From assembly GCF_964204645.1 (NCBI RefSeq), contig NC_134036.1, forward strand, positions 7,327,434-7,391,433: DNA of 64,000 nucleotides, written 5' to 3'. The notes under the pieces are model-generated. The model saw nothing but the letters and a program-made list of their open reading frames with translations. It did no database searches and was not told the DNA's origin. This document shows positions 52,576 to 64,000 of the stretch, in pieces (the first letter of the stretch is position 1; each line of letters opens with the position of its first letter). The position numbers and the translations under genes were made by a program. The DNA comes from Tubulanus polymorphus. Taxonomy: Eukaryota > Animalia > Nemertea.

Positions 52576-53747
52576 TGAGTTTGTTTGACTTGATTTGTAT
52601 TTCATCAATCAATCTATTTCATTTTATTTTAAAGTACAAACTAAACGCTTGAATTGCTTATAACACGACCAGGTATGAATTAGAATAGATCGGCTTAATA
52701 TTTCGAATGCAAATTTGGCGTTTAAGCAATCGGAAATTCGAAGTGCTTGAGAAATTTTTCAATACGCACATTACTTCGAATAGCGATAAGTTCATTGACA
52801 CATGTGACCATTGTTTTGTTACTTTCGATAGCGAGTCGAATAAGCTATGGGACAGCTAACGACAGCACAATCGCAATATCAACAGAAGTTCATTTTATCC
52901 TACATGATGAGGCTAAATTCAGTGAAATCGATCGTGTTCTGAAATATAAATTTTCCTGGATACATGTTGTTCATTGTAGCTATTCTATGCGGTTTTACAT
53001 TAACCTGCTATAACATATTGACCGTTTTCAAGAACCCTAAAATTTGCTGGGAATCTGTTTTTTTTTCAAAAACAACCCAAACCCGAAATTGTGTACAGTT
53101 AGTACGCAGCGTATATAATGTCGGATTAGAGAATATTGAAAAAACTTTAAAAAAAGTTGAGTGAAGGGAAATAAGCTCAGCAGTGACAAATTGTCATTTC
53201 TACCCTTCACGTGATTAATTGATGTCCAAATATGTTCTACCGTGAAAACTCTGCATTTAGCATCAAACGAATTTTTGTATACGTATCTCAGGATGCATGC
53301 TCTTCAAAAAGGTAGCCTATTAGGAAAAAACTTACCCGGTAAAATCCTAATTTGTCCTAAACGATATTCCAACTATTATTTTGTTAATTATTCAACTATC
53401 ATCACTAACTGGGTAAGTTAGTTGAACTTACATAAAGATATATCATTAGGGACACTTCAATTTCACACCATTCAATATCATAAGGGAACAAAATTCTTTG
53501 AAACTTGGTTAATGGTAGTTCTTAAGACTAGGTTTTGTTTCCGGAATTTACTAAATGTACCAATTCTAATAATTCACTCATTGAAGCTTCTATACATTAG
53601 AAGCGAAAGCTCGTGCGTCGAAATAAATAGTTAACCTTTAAAGTACTACTTGTCTCTTCATTTAAATTCAAAATATAAGTCTTTATTGATTCTTTTTTGT
53701 TGGAATATGCATAACTTTTTCTGGGCAAATTTCTATATTCTGTCAAG

Positions 53748-53796
53748 TCATGGACTCTAAAACGATTTAGACATTAAAGCGTTTTAGAGTCCATGG
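53748..53796. mobile_element. Palindromic micro-element (MITE-like) with 5-bp TSD TCAAG
   Basis: Perfect 16-bp stem catggactctaaaacg (53749-53764) / cgttttagagtccatg (53780-53795); tcaag on both sides. Confidence 0.75.
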
Positions 53797-54787
53797 TCAA
53801 GGTATTTTGGCTATAACGAATATAACTAACTCCCTGGGGCAACGATGTGGCTGATGAAATGATCTCTCCCATTGTAATCCCACCATTTAATTACTCATTG
53901 TATAACAACTCTCACAATTAAGCCTCGGACTCTTAAACGAATTATGAGTGCATGCTTTAGTATAGGCTCTGATATAGAGCATATTGTCTTGATTTAGAAC
54001 ATGTATGCATAAACTCTAGGCTGCAAAGAAATACGTTTTCAGCGGCTCTAATCGAGTTAAATCTTTCGTGATAGATTAACACAGAGAGGCGGCACACAAT
54101 CGCTGCTTATTGACATTAGGCACAAGCCACTGTTATGTTCATTAGTAAAACTAATATAGAATGAATAAGTGAGGAGGGAAAATGTATAAATTAAATTTAT
54201 AAATGAATTTATAAGAATTTAGCATGCATCGGAGTGCACTTAAATTGGATTATTACAAAATAACTCACTTCAAAATTTATGATATTGTTTCATTGATATT
54301 TATTACTTTAAAGCAATTCACTTTAAGAACTTTGGTCAACAATAAGTCTGACCTGCAAATCAAATCATCGGGAGACCAAATACTGTTTCAAAAAATTATA
54401 TTGCTAATACATTCCTAATCTTAACCTTTCGCCATAAACCTACTGGATTTAGGGCCTGGGGCATTTTAGATGGTTGTAGGTAAAAATCCCCTAGGTAAAA
54501 TCCTCACTTGGCGATTTTTCAAGAACATTTGAAAGCACGATATTTATTCAAACATATTCATCCACAATACAACTGCAATATATTTAACTGTGCATTGATC
54601 TCTTTTGTTGAAATAAATCTTTAAATAAATTCATAGAATAAATGAAATTAATGAACTTTTTATTCATACTATCTTTTCATAATTTTATTCATACTATCTT
54701 TTAATTCGAACTAAATAACTCTTGTTAACTTGTGGTATAGTATGCTTATGATATGGATTCGATTTACGTATCAATATTTTCATGTTG

Positions 54788-54834
54788 ACGGGGGCCTGAT
54801 GATGGCTAATAGCATTAGCCGAAACATTGCTCGT
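54788..54834 (+). ncRNA. Minimal type I hammerhead ribozyme motif (Penelope-like element type), possibly degenerate
   Basis: acgggggc-CTGATGA-t-GGCTAAT-agc-ATTAGCC-GAAA-c-ATT-gctcgt: both core boxes, perfect 7-bp stem II, and stem I gggc/gctc extendable to acg/cgt. Confidence 0.7.
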
Positions 54835-56903
54835 AGAAGATTTTTTGCTGAATTCATTGTGGGATTTGCCTCGTTATTCACCATACACGGATATTGTGTA
54901 TTTACTTCTCATTTTCATGTTGGTTTTGAACAACTTAAATTTTGCGATTCTAATACCTTATTAACTTTAGATGACAGTAATACCTTCAATTTACATGTAA
55001 AATATGATCACTGCTGAAAGTGTAATAAGGAATATATATTTACTCCAGTGACAATATTTTGATTCTAAGATTTAATTCAATCATCTAGTCCGAGTATGTA
55101 TGGTAAAACTTCTGGCTAACCAAGAGCTAACCGAATACCGACAATAGAAGGTGGTCGCTTAAAAGTTAGTTAATTTACGCAACAGGAATCTATCTTGATT
55201 TCAAGGGCACTTCAATTAATCGTTTCAATAGTGACCACTGTAAATTAGCCAGTAGTTTAAATGACCGAATTCAATCAACCGATTCGTATCCTAAGAATGA
55301 GAATTGTATCTAACCACAGTAGTTATTCCTCATCAAACGTTCGGTCATCATATTATACATCTATACATCATTACTATCATCTTTAGTTAACAGAAGTGCA
55401 ATTAAATCTAGAATCTATGAGTTGAGTTTTTTTAGACATAATAAATTGTAACAAATAAAATGTAATAATAACAAAACTTCTTTACAGAGTTCAAAATATA
55501 AACCAACAATCTCATCTCAAGCATGTACTAGCGATGACGCTATGGGATAAAACCAAGTCTCGATTCATTGCCTAAAACGTGGGTACATTCATTCAAATCA
55601 GGACTAAAATACGCTTATATGAATATCTTGCATGATATCATTTTACATTACGGGTGTCTCATAGGCCTGGTTTTACTTGTACATTGTCATCAATTGATTA
55701 AACATCCCAAGTAACTTCTTTATTTACTTATGGCTTAATCACTGGTATTCAATAGCTAGTCGGCTATAGAAAGACTAACCCGATAAAATTCCATTAACCG
55801 TTAGTCCAGAGTCGAACACTGTTCGCGCGTTAATTCGCAACGATTTTAAAGAAAGAAAATGATTGCATGAAATCTACTTTTCGTATCAATCGGCGTCCAA
55901 TCTCTTAAACCATCCTAAACACAGTAGTGTAGTAGTTTGTGTCTATTTGCTTTTGCTGATGTCATTTAACATAACAATGGAAATGTATTCGTTTATTTGG
56001 AAATTATATGAAGAAATGGAGTAATCATGTGACAAATCAAATTATTACTGCAAGGCAAAACATAGCGCACTTCAGATATATGATATGGTCTTAAAGACTT
56101 TTCATATATTAACAGTCCAGTTTAACGTCTATTGATATGAATAGTCCAGTTTTGATATGACTGTGCCAACAGTTGGAATAAAACCTATGAAATCTAGGGG
56201 CATTTATCTCATGAAATTTAGATTTGAGATAATTGTATTGTATTGTATGAGGATTAAACATTTCAATGGCTGGTGATTATTTGTGATAAAGTAATCAGTG
56301 AGATGGACTGTTGATGTAGCCTTGATTGAGGCACTCGGGTCAGATAATATTTTTAGATAAAAAAGTGCATTTGTTAAAGCAGAACACATGATTTTAAACT
56401 AAATATAAGTAGCTAAACCGTTAATTTTCATTCCTAATTTTCATCACTCCCGATTATCAAAAATAATTCAACAGTTTGATTAACGGATAGTTGCAGTTAA
56501 CAACATTTCTATCTGATAGAGAAGGTATAGAGGTATACAGAGGAACAAGAAAAGAACATCCAACTAGACACTGGAAAATCTTTATTCGGGTTTTTTACCG
56601 GGAGCCTTTACCTTGGGGTATATTTAACTAGGGGATTTTTACTGAAAGGGACCTTTACGGGGCGAGTTTTTACCCGATCACATCGATTATTGAATGACAT
56701 GTTCGATAAAATCATGACAAAAACTGGTATCACTGGTTCAATTTGCTAATTTTCGCTATTCGGGTGGTTCTGTAGATTATTGGCTATACCGTTGGTAACT
56801 GACTAGCTATTTGTATCACTGATCGGACTGTGAAAATATAGCTTTGACAAAACCACAACGAGAAATGAATCACATGCAATATTTTACTCGAAAACGAGCT
56901 TAA

Positions 56904-56938
56904 CCATGGAATCAGTAACGTATTTTCACAGTCCATGG
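56904..56938. mobile_element. Related CCATGG-terminated micro-element, imperfect TSD cttaa/ctgaa
   Basis: ccatggaatcagtaacgtattttcacagtccatgg. Confidence 0.5.
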
Positions 56939-57177
56939 CTGAAATGACGCTGTTGAAAAAATCAATGAGAAATACTGCCTCCGATTTTTATGACGAAAAT
57001 ATAGGAATAAATTCCGAACAGAATCAAATCAGGTTGTTCTTATTGGTATTGTGTATACATTTCATTTATTAGATATTTCAAGTAATTCGTGTAATTAGGA
57101 TCCAATAATGGGTTTTTCTTTCGGTTTTACGTAATTTACAACTTACCAAATATGGACTACATGGTTTGACATTAAAA

Positions 57178-57616
57178 CCATTGAGCATTATGGTATCAAG
57201 TTCAACCAAAATTGATAACGATCGGCCTTTCATAGAATCTCCCTGAAGGTCACAATTTTAGTAAATTGACCTTGGGAGGTTTAAACCTCCCGAATCCAAT
57301 TAGCAAAATATCGGTCCTCTATGTCGGCGACAATAAAAGTACCATGCGCGTAACTTTCTATTGTGCGCCTGCCGCGTTTTGGGCACGAGTAGCTCACGTA
57401 ATCTTAATTGAAAGTTGAGATCACAGGCAGATATTGAGGTCTATGGCCCACACATAACATCATAAATTGGTCAGGAAATAAAGTGTTTTGTGGTATAGAT
57501 GACACGTTTGTACGATTTTACACTGTAAATTTATCATTTTTTAGGACTTAAGGACCAAATATCGGCAATATTTTTGATACAAACTGAGAAAGTATCAAAA
57601 CATTTGAGAACGCGTT
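57178..57616 (-). repeat. Right terminal inverted repeat (~439 bp)
   Basis: Reverse complement aligns without large gaps to 51487-51923, including gggaggtttaaacctccc at 57274-57291. Confidence 0.9.
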
Positions 57617-60600
57617 CTAAGTGCTGACCGGGCCTTGATCAGCGTTACGACCCGGTGCAGTGAGGGAGGGAGGGAGGGAGGCAGTAGGTCGGTTGTCCGT
57701 CCGTTCGTCAGTGTGCCGGCGGTGGTTGTTCGAAAAACGACTAAGTGCTGACCGGGCCATGAACAGCGTTACGACCCGGCACCGGTCAGGAAGGGAGGGA
57801 GGGTGGCAGTAGGTCGGTCGTCCGTTCGTTCGTCAGTGTGCCGGCGGTGGTAGTTCGAAAAACGACTAAGTGCTGACCGGGCCTTGATCAGCGTTACGAC
57901 CCGGTGCAGTGAGGGAGGGAGGGAGGCAGTAGGTCGGTCGTCCGTCCGTTTGTCAGTGTGCCGGCGGTGGTTGTTCGAAAAACGACTAAGTGCTGACCGG
58001 GTCATAATCAGCGTTACGACCCGGTGCAGTGAGGGAGGGAGGGAGGGAGGCAGTAGGTCGGTCGTCCGTCCGTTTGTCAGTGTGCCGGCGGTGGTTGTTC
58101 GAAAAACGACTAAGTGCTGACCGGGTCATAATCAGCGTTACGACCCGGTGCAGTGAGGGAGGGAGGGAGGGAGGCAGTAGGTCGGTCGTCCGTCCGTTCG
58201 TCAGTGTGCCGGCGGTGGTTGTTCGAAAAACGACTAAGTGCTGACCGGGCCTTGATCAGCGTTACGACCCGGTGCAGTGAGGGAGGGAGGGAGGCACTAG
58301 GACAGTCGTCCGCCCGTTAGTCAGTGTGTCGGCGGTTGTTGTTCGAAAAACGACTAAGTGCTGACCGGGCCGTGAACAGCGTTACGACCCGGCACCGGTC
58401 AGGAAGGGAGGGAGGGTGGCAGTAGGTCGGTCGTCCGTTCGTTCGTCAGTGTGCCGGCGGTGGTAGTTCGAAAAACGACTAAGTGCTGACCGGGCATTGA
58501 TCAGCGTTACGACCCGGTGCAGTGAGGGAGGGAGGGAGGCAGTAGGTCGGTCGTCCGTCCGTTCGTCAGTGTGCCGGCGGTGGTTGTTCGAAAAACGACT
58601 AAGTGCTGACCGGGTCATAATCAGCGTTACGACCCGGTGCAGTGAGGGAGGGAGGGAGGCAGTAGGTCGGTCGTCCATCCGTTCGTCAGTGTGCCGGCGG
58701 TTGTTGTTCGAAAAACGACTAAGTACTGACCGGGCCTTGAACAGCGTTACGACCCGGTGCAGTGAGGGAGGGAGGGAGGCAGTAGGTCGGTCGTCCGTCC
58801 GTTCGTCAGTGTGCCGGCGGTGGTTGTTCGAAAAACGACTAAGTGCTGACCGGGCCATGATCAGCGTTACGACCCGGTGCAGTGAGGGAGGGAGGGAGGC
58901 ATTAGGTCGGTCGTCCATCCGTTCGTCAGTGTGCCGGCGGTGGTTGTTCGAAAAACGACTAAGTGCTGACCGGGCCATGATCAGCGTTACGACCCGGTGC
59001 AGTGAGGGAGGGAGGGAGGCACTAGGACAGTCGTCCGCCCGTTAGTCAGTGTGTCGGCGGTTGTTGTACGAAAAACGACTAAGTACTGACCGGGCCATGA
59101 ACAGCGTTACGACCCGGCACCAGTCAGGAAGGGAGGGAGGGTGGCAGTAGGTCGGTCGTCCGTTCGTTCGTCAGTGTGCCGGCGGTGGTTGTTCGAAAAA
59201 CGACTAAGTGCTGACCGGGCCTTGATCAGCGTTACGACCCGGTGCAGTGAGGGAGGGAGGGAGGGAGGCAGTAGGTCCGTCGTCCGCCCGTTAGTCAGTG
59301 TGTCGGCGGTTGCTGTTCGAAAAACGACTAAGTGCTGACCGGGCCATGAACAGCGTTACGACCCGGCACCGGTCAGGAAGGGAGGGAGGGTGGCAGTAGG
59401 TCGGTCGTCCGTTCGTTCGTCAGTGTGCCGGCGGTGGTAGTTCGAAAAACGACTAAGTGCTGACCGGGCCTTGATCAGCGTTACGACCCGGTGCAGTGAG
59501 GGAGGGAGGGAGGCAGTAGGTCGGTCGTCCGTCCGTTTGTCAGTGTGCCGGCGGTGGTTGTTCGAAAAACGACTAAGTGCTGACCGGGCCTTGATCAGCG
59601 TTACGACCCGGTGCAGTGAGGGAGGGAGGGAGGCAGTAGGTCGGTCGTCCATCCGTTCGTCAGTGTGCCGGCGGTGGTTGTTCGAAAAACGACTAAGTGC
59701 TGACCGGGCCATGATCAGCGTTACGACCCGGTGCAGTGAGGGAGGGAGGCACTAGGACAGTCGTCCGCCCGTTAGTCAGTGTGTCGGCGGTTGTTGTTCG
59801 AAAAACGACTAAGTGCTGACCGGGCCATGAACAGCGTTACGACCCGGCACCGGTCAGGAAGGGAGGGAGGGTGGCAGTAGGTCGGTCGTCCGTTCGTTCG
59901 TCAGTGTGCCGGCGGTGGTTGTTCGAAAAACGACTAAGTGCTGACCGGGCCTTGATCAGCGTTACGACCCGGCACCGGTCAGGGAGGGAGGGAGGGAGGC
60001 AGTAGGTCGGTCGTCCGTCCGTTCGTCATTGTGCCGGCGGTGGTAGTTCGAAAAACGACTAAGTGCTGACCGGGCCTTGATCAGCGTTACGACCCGGAGC
60101 ATTGAGGGAGGGAGGGAGGCAGTAGGTCGGTCGTCCGTCCGTTCGTCATTGTGCCGGCGGTGGTAGTTCGAAAAACGACTAAGTGCTGACCGGGCCTAGA
60201 TCAGCGTTACGACCCGGTGCAGTGAGGGAGGGAGGGAGGCAGTAGGTCGGTCGTCCGTCCGGTCGTCAGTGTGCCGGCGGTGGTTGTTCGAAAAACGACA
60301 AAGTGCTGACCGGGCCATGATCAGCGTTACGACCCGGTGCAGTGAGGGAGGGAGGGAGGCACTAGGACAGTCGTCCGCCCGTTAGTCAGTGTGTCGGCGG
60401 TTGTTGTTCGAAAAACGACTAAGTGCTGACCGGGCCTTGATCAGCGTTACGACCCGGAGCATTGAGGGAGGGAGGGAGGCAGTAGGTCGGTCGTCCATCC
60501 GTTCGTCAGTGTGCCGGCGGTGGTTGTTCGAAAAACGACTAAGTGCTGACCGGGTCATGATCAGCGTTACGACCCGGTGCAGTGAGGGAGGGAGGGAGGG

Positions 60601-63600
60601 ACGCAGTAGGTCGGTCGTCCATCCGTTCGTCAGTGTATCGGCGGTTGTTGTTCGAAAAACGACTAAGTGCTGACCGGGCCTTGATCAGCGTTACGACCCG
60701 GAGCAGTGAGGGAGGGAGGGAGGTAGGAGGTCGGTCGTCCGTCCGTTCGCCAGTGTGCCGGCGGTGGTTGTTCGAAAAACGACTAAGTGCTGACCGGGCC
60801 ATGAACAGCGTTACGACCCGGCACCGGTCAGGAAGGGAGGGAGGATGGCAGTAGGTCAGTCGTCCGTTCGTTCGTCAGTGTGCCGGCGGTGGTTGTTCGA
60901 AAAACGACTAAGTGCTGACCGGGCCTTGATCAGCGTTATGACCCGGAGCATTGAGGGAGGGAGGGAGGCAGTAGGTCGGTCGTCCGTCCGTTTGTCAGTG
61001 TGCCGGCAGCGATGGTTGTTCGAAAAATGACTAAGGGCTGACCGGGCCTTGATCAGCGTTACGACCCGGAGCATTGAGGGAGGGAGGGAGGCAGTAGGTC
61101 GGTCGTCCATCCGTTCGTCAGTGTGCCGGCGGTGGTAGTTCGAAAAACGACTAAGTGCTGACCGGGCCTTGATCAGCGTTACGACCCGGTGCAGTGAGGG
61201 AGGGAGGGAGGCAGTAGGTCGGTCGTCCGTCCGTTCGCCAGTGTGCCGGCGGTGGTTGTTCGAAAAACGACTAAGTGCTGACCGGGCCTTGATCAGCGTT
61301 ACGACCCGGTGCAGTGAGGGAGGGAGGGAGGCAGTAGCTCGGTCGTCCGTCCGTTCGCCAGTGTGCAGCTGGTGGTTGTTCGAAAAACGACTAAGTGCTG
61401 ACCGGGCCTTGATCAGCGTTACGACCCGGTGCAGTTAGGGAGGGAGGGAGGCACTAGGACAGTCGTCCGCCCGTTAGTCAGTGTGTCGGCGGTTGTTGTT
61501 CGAAAAACGACTAAGTGCTGACCGGGCCGTGAACAGCGTTACGACCCGGAGCAGTGAGGGAGGGAGGGTGGCAGTAGGACAGTCGTCCGCCCGTTAGTCA
61601 GTGTGTCGGCGGTTGTTGTTCGAAAAACGACTAAGTGCTGACCGGGCCTTGATCAGCGTTACGACCCGGAGCATTGAGGGAGGGAGGAAGGCAGTAGGTC
61701 GGTCGTCCATCCGTTCGTCAGTGTGCCGGCGGTGGTAGTTCGAAAAACGACTAAGTGCTGACCGGGCCTTGATCAGCGTTACGACCCGGTGCAGTGAGGG
61801 AGGGAGGGAGGGAGGGAGGCAGTAGGTCGGTCGTCCGTCCGTTCGTCAGTGTGCCGGCGGTGGTTGTTCGAAAAACGACTAAGTGCTGACCGGGCCTTGA
61901 TCAGCCTTACGACCCGGTGCAGTTAGGGAGGGAGGGAGGGAGGCAGTAGGTCCGTCGTCCGCCCGTTAGTCAGTGTGTCGGCGGTTGTTGTTCGAAAAAC
62001 GACTAAGTGCTGACCGGGCCGTGAACAGCGTTACGACCCGGCACCGGTCAGGAAGGGAGGGAGGGTGGCAGTAGGTCGGTCGTCCGTTCGTTCGTCAGTG
62101 TGCCGGCGGTGGTAGTTCGAAAAACGACTAAGTGCTGACCGGGCCTTGATCAGCGTTACGAACCGGTGCAGTGAGGGAGGGAGGGAGGCAGTAGGTCGGT
62201 CGTCCGTCCGTTCGCCAGTGTGCCGCTGGTGGTTGTTCGAAAAACGACTAAGTGCTGACCGGGCCTTGATCAGCGTTACGACCCGGTGCAGTTAGGGAGG
62301 GAGGGAGGCACTAGGACAGTCGTCCGCCCGTTAGTCAGTGTGTCGGCGGTTGTTGTTCGAAAAACGACTAAGTGCTGACCGGGCCTTGATCAGCGTTACG
62401 ACCCGGAGCATTGAGGGAGGGAGGGAGGCAGTAGGTCGGTCGTCCATCCGTTCGTCAGTGTGCCGGCGGTGGTAGTTCGAAAAACGACTAAGTGCTGACC
62501 GGGCCTTGATCAGCGTTACGACCCGGTGCAGTGAGGGAGGGAGGGAGGGAGGTAGTAGGTCGGTCGTCCGTCCGTTCGTCAGTGTGCCGGCGGTGGTTGT
62601 TCGAAAAACGAATAAGTGCTGACCGGGTCATGATCAGCGTTACGACCCGGTGCAGTGAGGGAGGGAGGGAGGGACGCAGTAGGTCGGTCGTCCATCCGTT
62701 CGTCAGTGTATCGGCGGTTGTTGTTCGAAAAACGACTAAGTGCTGACCGGGCCTTGATCAGCGTTACGACCCGGAGCAGTGAGGGAGGGAGGGAGGCAGT
62801 AGGTCGGTCGTCCGTCCGTTCGCCAGTGTGCCGGCGGTGGTTGTTCGAAAAACGAATAAGTGCTGACCGGGTCATGATCAGCGTTACGACCCGGTGCAGT
62901 GAGGGAGGGAGGGAGGGACGCAGTAGGTCGGTCGTCCATCCGTTCGTCAGTGTATCGGCGGTTGTTGTTCGAAAAACGACTAAGTGCTGACCGGGCCTTG
63001 ATCAGCGTTACGACCCGGAGCAGTGAGGGAGGGAGGGAGGTAGTAGGTCGGTCGTCCGTCCGTTCGCCAGTGTGCCGGCGGTGGTTGTTCGAAAAACGAC
63101 TAAGTGCTGACCGGGCCATGAACAGCGTTACGACCCGGCACCGGTCAGGAAGGGAGGGAGGATGGCAGTAGGTCAGTCGTCCGTTCGTTCGTCAGTGTGC
63201 CGGCGGTGGTTGTTCGAAAAACGACTAAGTGCTGACCGGGCCTTGATCAGCGTTATGACCCGGAGCATTGAGGGAGGGAGGGAGGCAGTAGGTCGGTCGT
63301 CCGTCCGTTTGTCAGTGTGCCGGCAGCGATGGTTGTTCGAAAAATGACTAAGGGCTGACCGGGCCTTGATCAGCGTTACGACCCGGAGCATTGAGGGAGG
63401 GAGGGAGGCAGTAGGTCGGTCGTCCATCCGTTCGTCAGTGTGCCGGCGGTGGTAGTTCGAAAAACGACTAAGTGCTGACCGGGCCTTGATCAGCGTTACG
63501 ACCCGGTGCAGTGAGGGAGGGAGGGAGGCAGTAGGTCGGTCGTCCGTCCGTTCGCCAGTGTGCCGGCGGTGGTTGTTCGAAAAACGACTAAGTGCTGACC

Positions 63601-64000
63601 GGGCCTTGATCAGCGTTACGACCCGGAGCAGTGAGGGAGGGAGGGAGGCAGTAGGTCGGTCGTCCGTCCTTTCGCCAGAGTGCCGCTGGTGGTTGTTCGA
63701 AAAACGACTAAGTGCTGACCGGGCCTTGATCAGCGTTACGACCCGGTGCAGTGAGGGAGGGAGGGAGGCAGTAGGTCGGTCGTCCGTCCAGTCGTCAGTG
63801 TGCCGGCGATGGTTGTTCGAAAAACGACTAAGTGCTGACCGGGCCATGCACAGCGTTACGACCCGGCACCGGTCAGGAAGGGAGGGAGGGTGGCAGTAGG
63901 TCGGTCGTCCGTTCGTTGGTCAGTGTGCCGGCGGTGGTAGTTCGAAAAACGACTAAGTGCTGACCGGGCCTTGATCAGCGTTACGACCCGGAGCAGTGTG
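57617..64000. repeat. Continuation of the ~120-bp satellite (~52 monomers), running off the window
   Basis: Resumes in exact register at ctaagtgctgaccgggcc. The block at ~59.5-64 kb repeats ~41.2-45.7 kb at offset 18311. Confidence 0.98.

Larger units (their letters stand above)
51487..57616. mobile_element. 6130-bp non-autonomous DNA transposon with long imperfect TIRs and CTAA target-site duplication; superfamily unresolved
   Basis: Satellite ...gaCTAA|aacacgttcccaaatgttttgatac ... gtatcaaaacatttgagaacgcgtt|CTAAgtgctgacc. The paralogous offset changes from 13165 (38168/51333) to 19299 (38470/57769), a gain of 6134 = 6130 + 4. No ORF over 100 aa inside. Confidence 0.93.

Noticed and set aside
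53847-53883. Second hammerhead-like string gtgg-CTGATGA-aatg..catt-GTAA-tc-ccac
   Set aside because: The GAAA box is mutated and there is no helix III; cannot be separated from chance.
51638-56389. Short ORFs (60-95 aa) inside the transposon as transposase exons
   Set aside because: No recognisable DDE, HTH, THAP or zinc-finger motifs; lengths are as expected by chance.
7349-63899. Numerous repetitive ORFs (ISVTTRCSEGGREAV..., RSALSRFSNNHRR..., PPSL/GGRE, RKRRSAREK...)
   Set aside because: They are translations of satellite monomers; the 120-bp period keeps the frame open by chance and frames break wherever unit length varies.
7296-64000. CENP-B box in either satellite
   Set aside because: TTCGNNNNA is present but the required CGGG is not; no full match seen on either strand.

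Overview
Eukaryotic (probably invertebrate) heterochromatin-like window with no intact protein-coding gene. Left to right: a GC-rich 1283-bp tandem duplication (1-2165); 13 palindrome-rich 69-104-bp subrepeats amplified from inside that unit (2165-3309); a decayed Polinton/Maverick-type fragment on the minus strand (accessory ORF remnant and protein-primed PolB pseudogene, 3512-5980); a truncated RTE-like LINE fragment cut at the RT FADD motif (5981-7289); about 38 copies of a 118-bp A-tract/dyad satellite (7296-11786); and a very long ~120-bp GC-rich, (GGGA)n-containing satellite with multi-kb higher-order duplications (11784-64000). That satellite is interrupted by a 6130-bp AT-rich, apparently non-coding DNA transposon (51487-57616) with ~440-bp imperfect, palindrome-studded terminal inverted repeats and a CTAA target duplication; empty-site paralogues exist inside the window. 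Its interior carries a Penelope-type minimal hammerhead ribozyme motif, several 30-50-bp palindromic micro-elements with 5-bp TSDs and a promoter-like segment. Nearly all listed ORFs are satellite artefacts. All analysis is by eye; no alignments or database searches were run.
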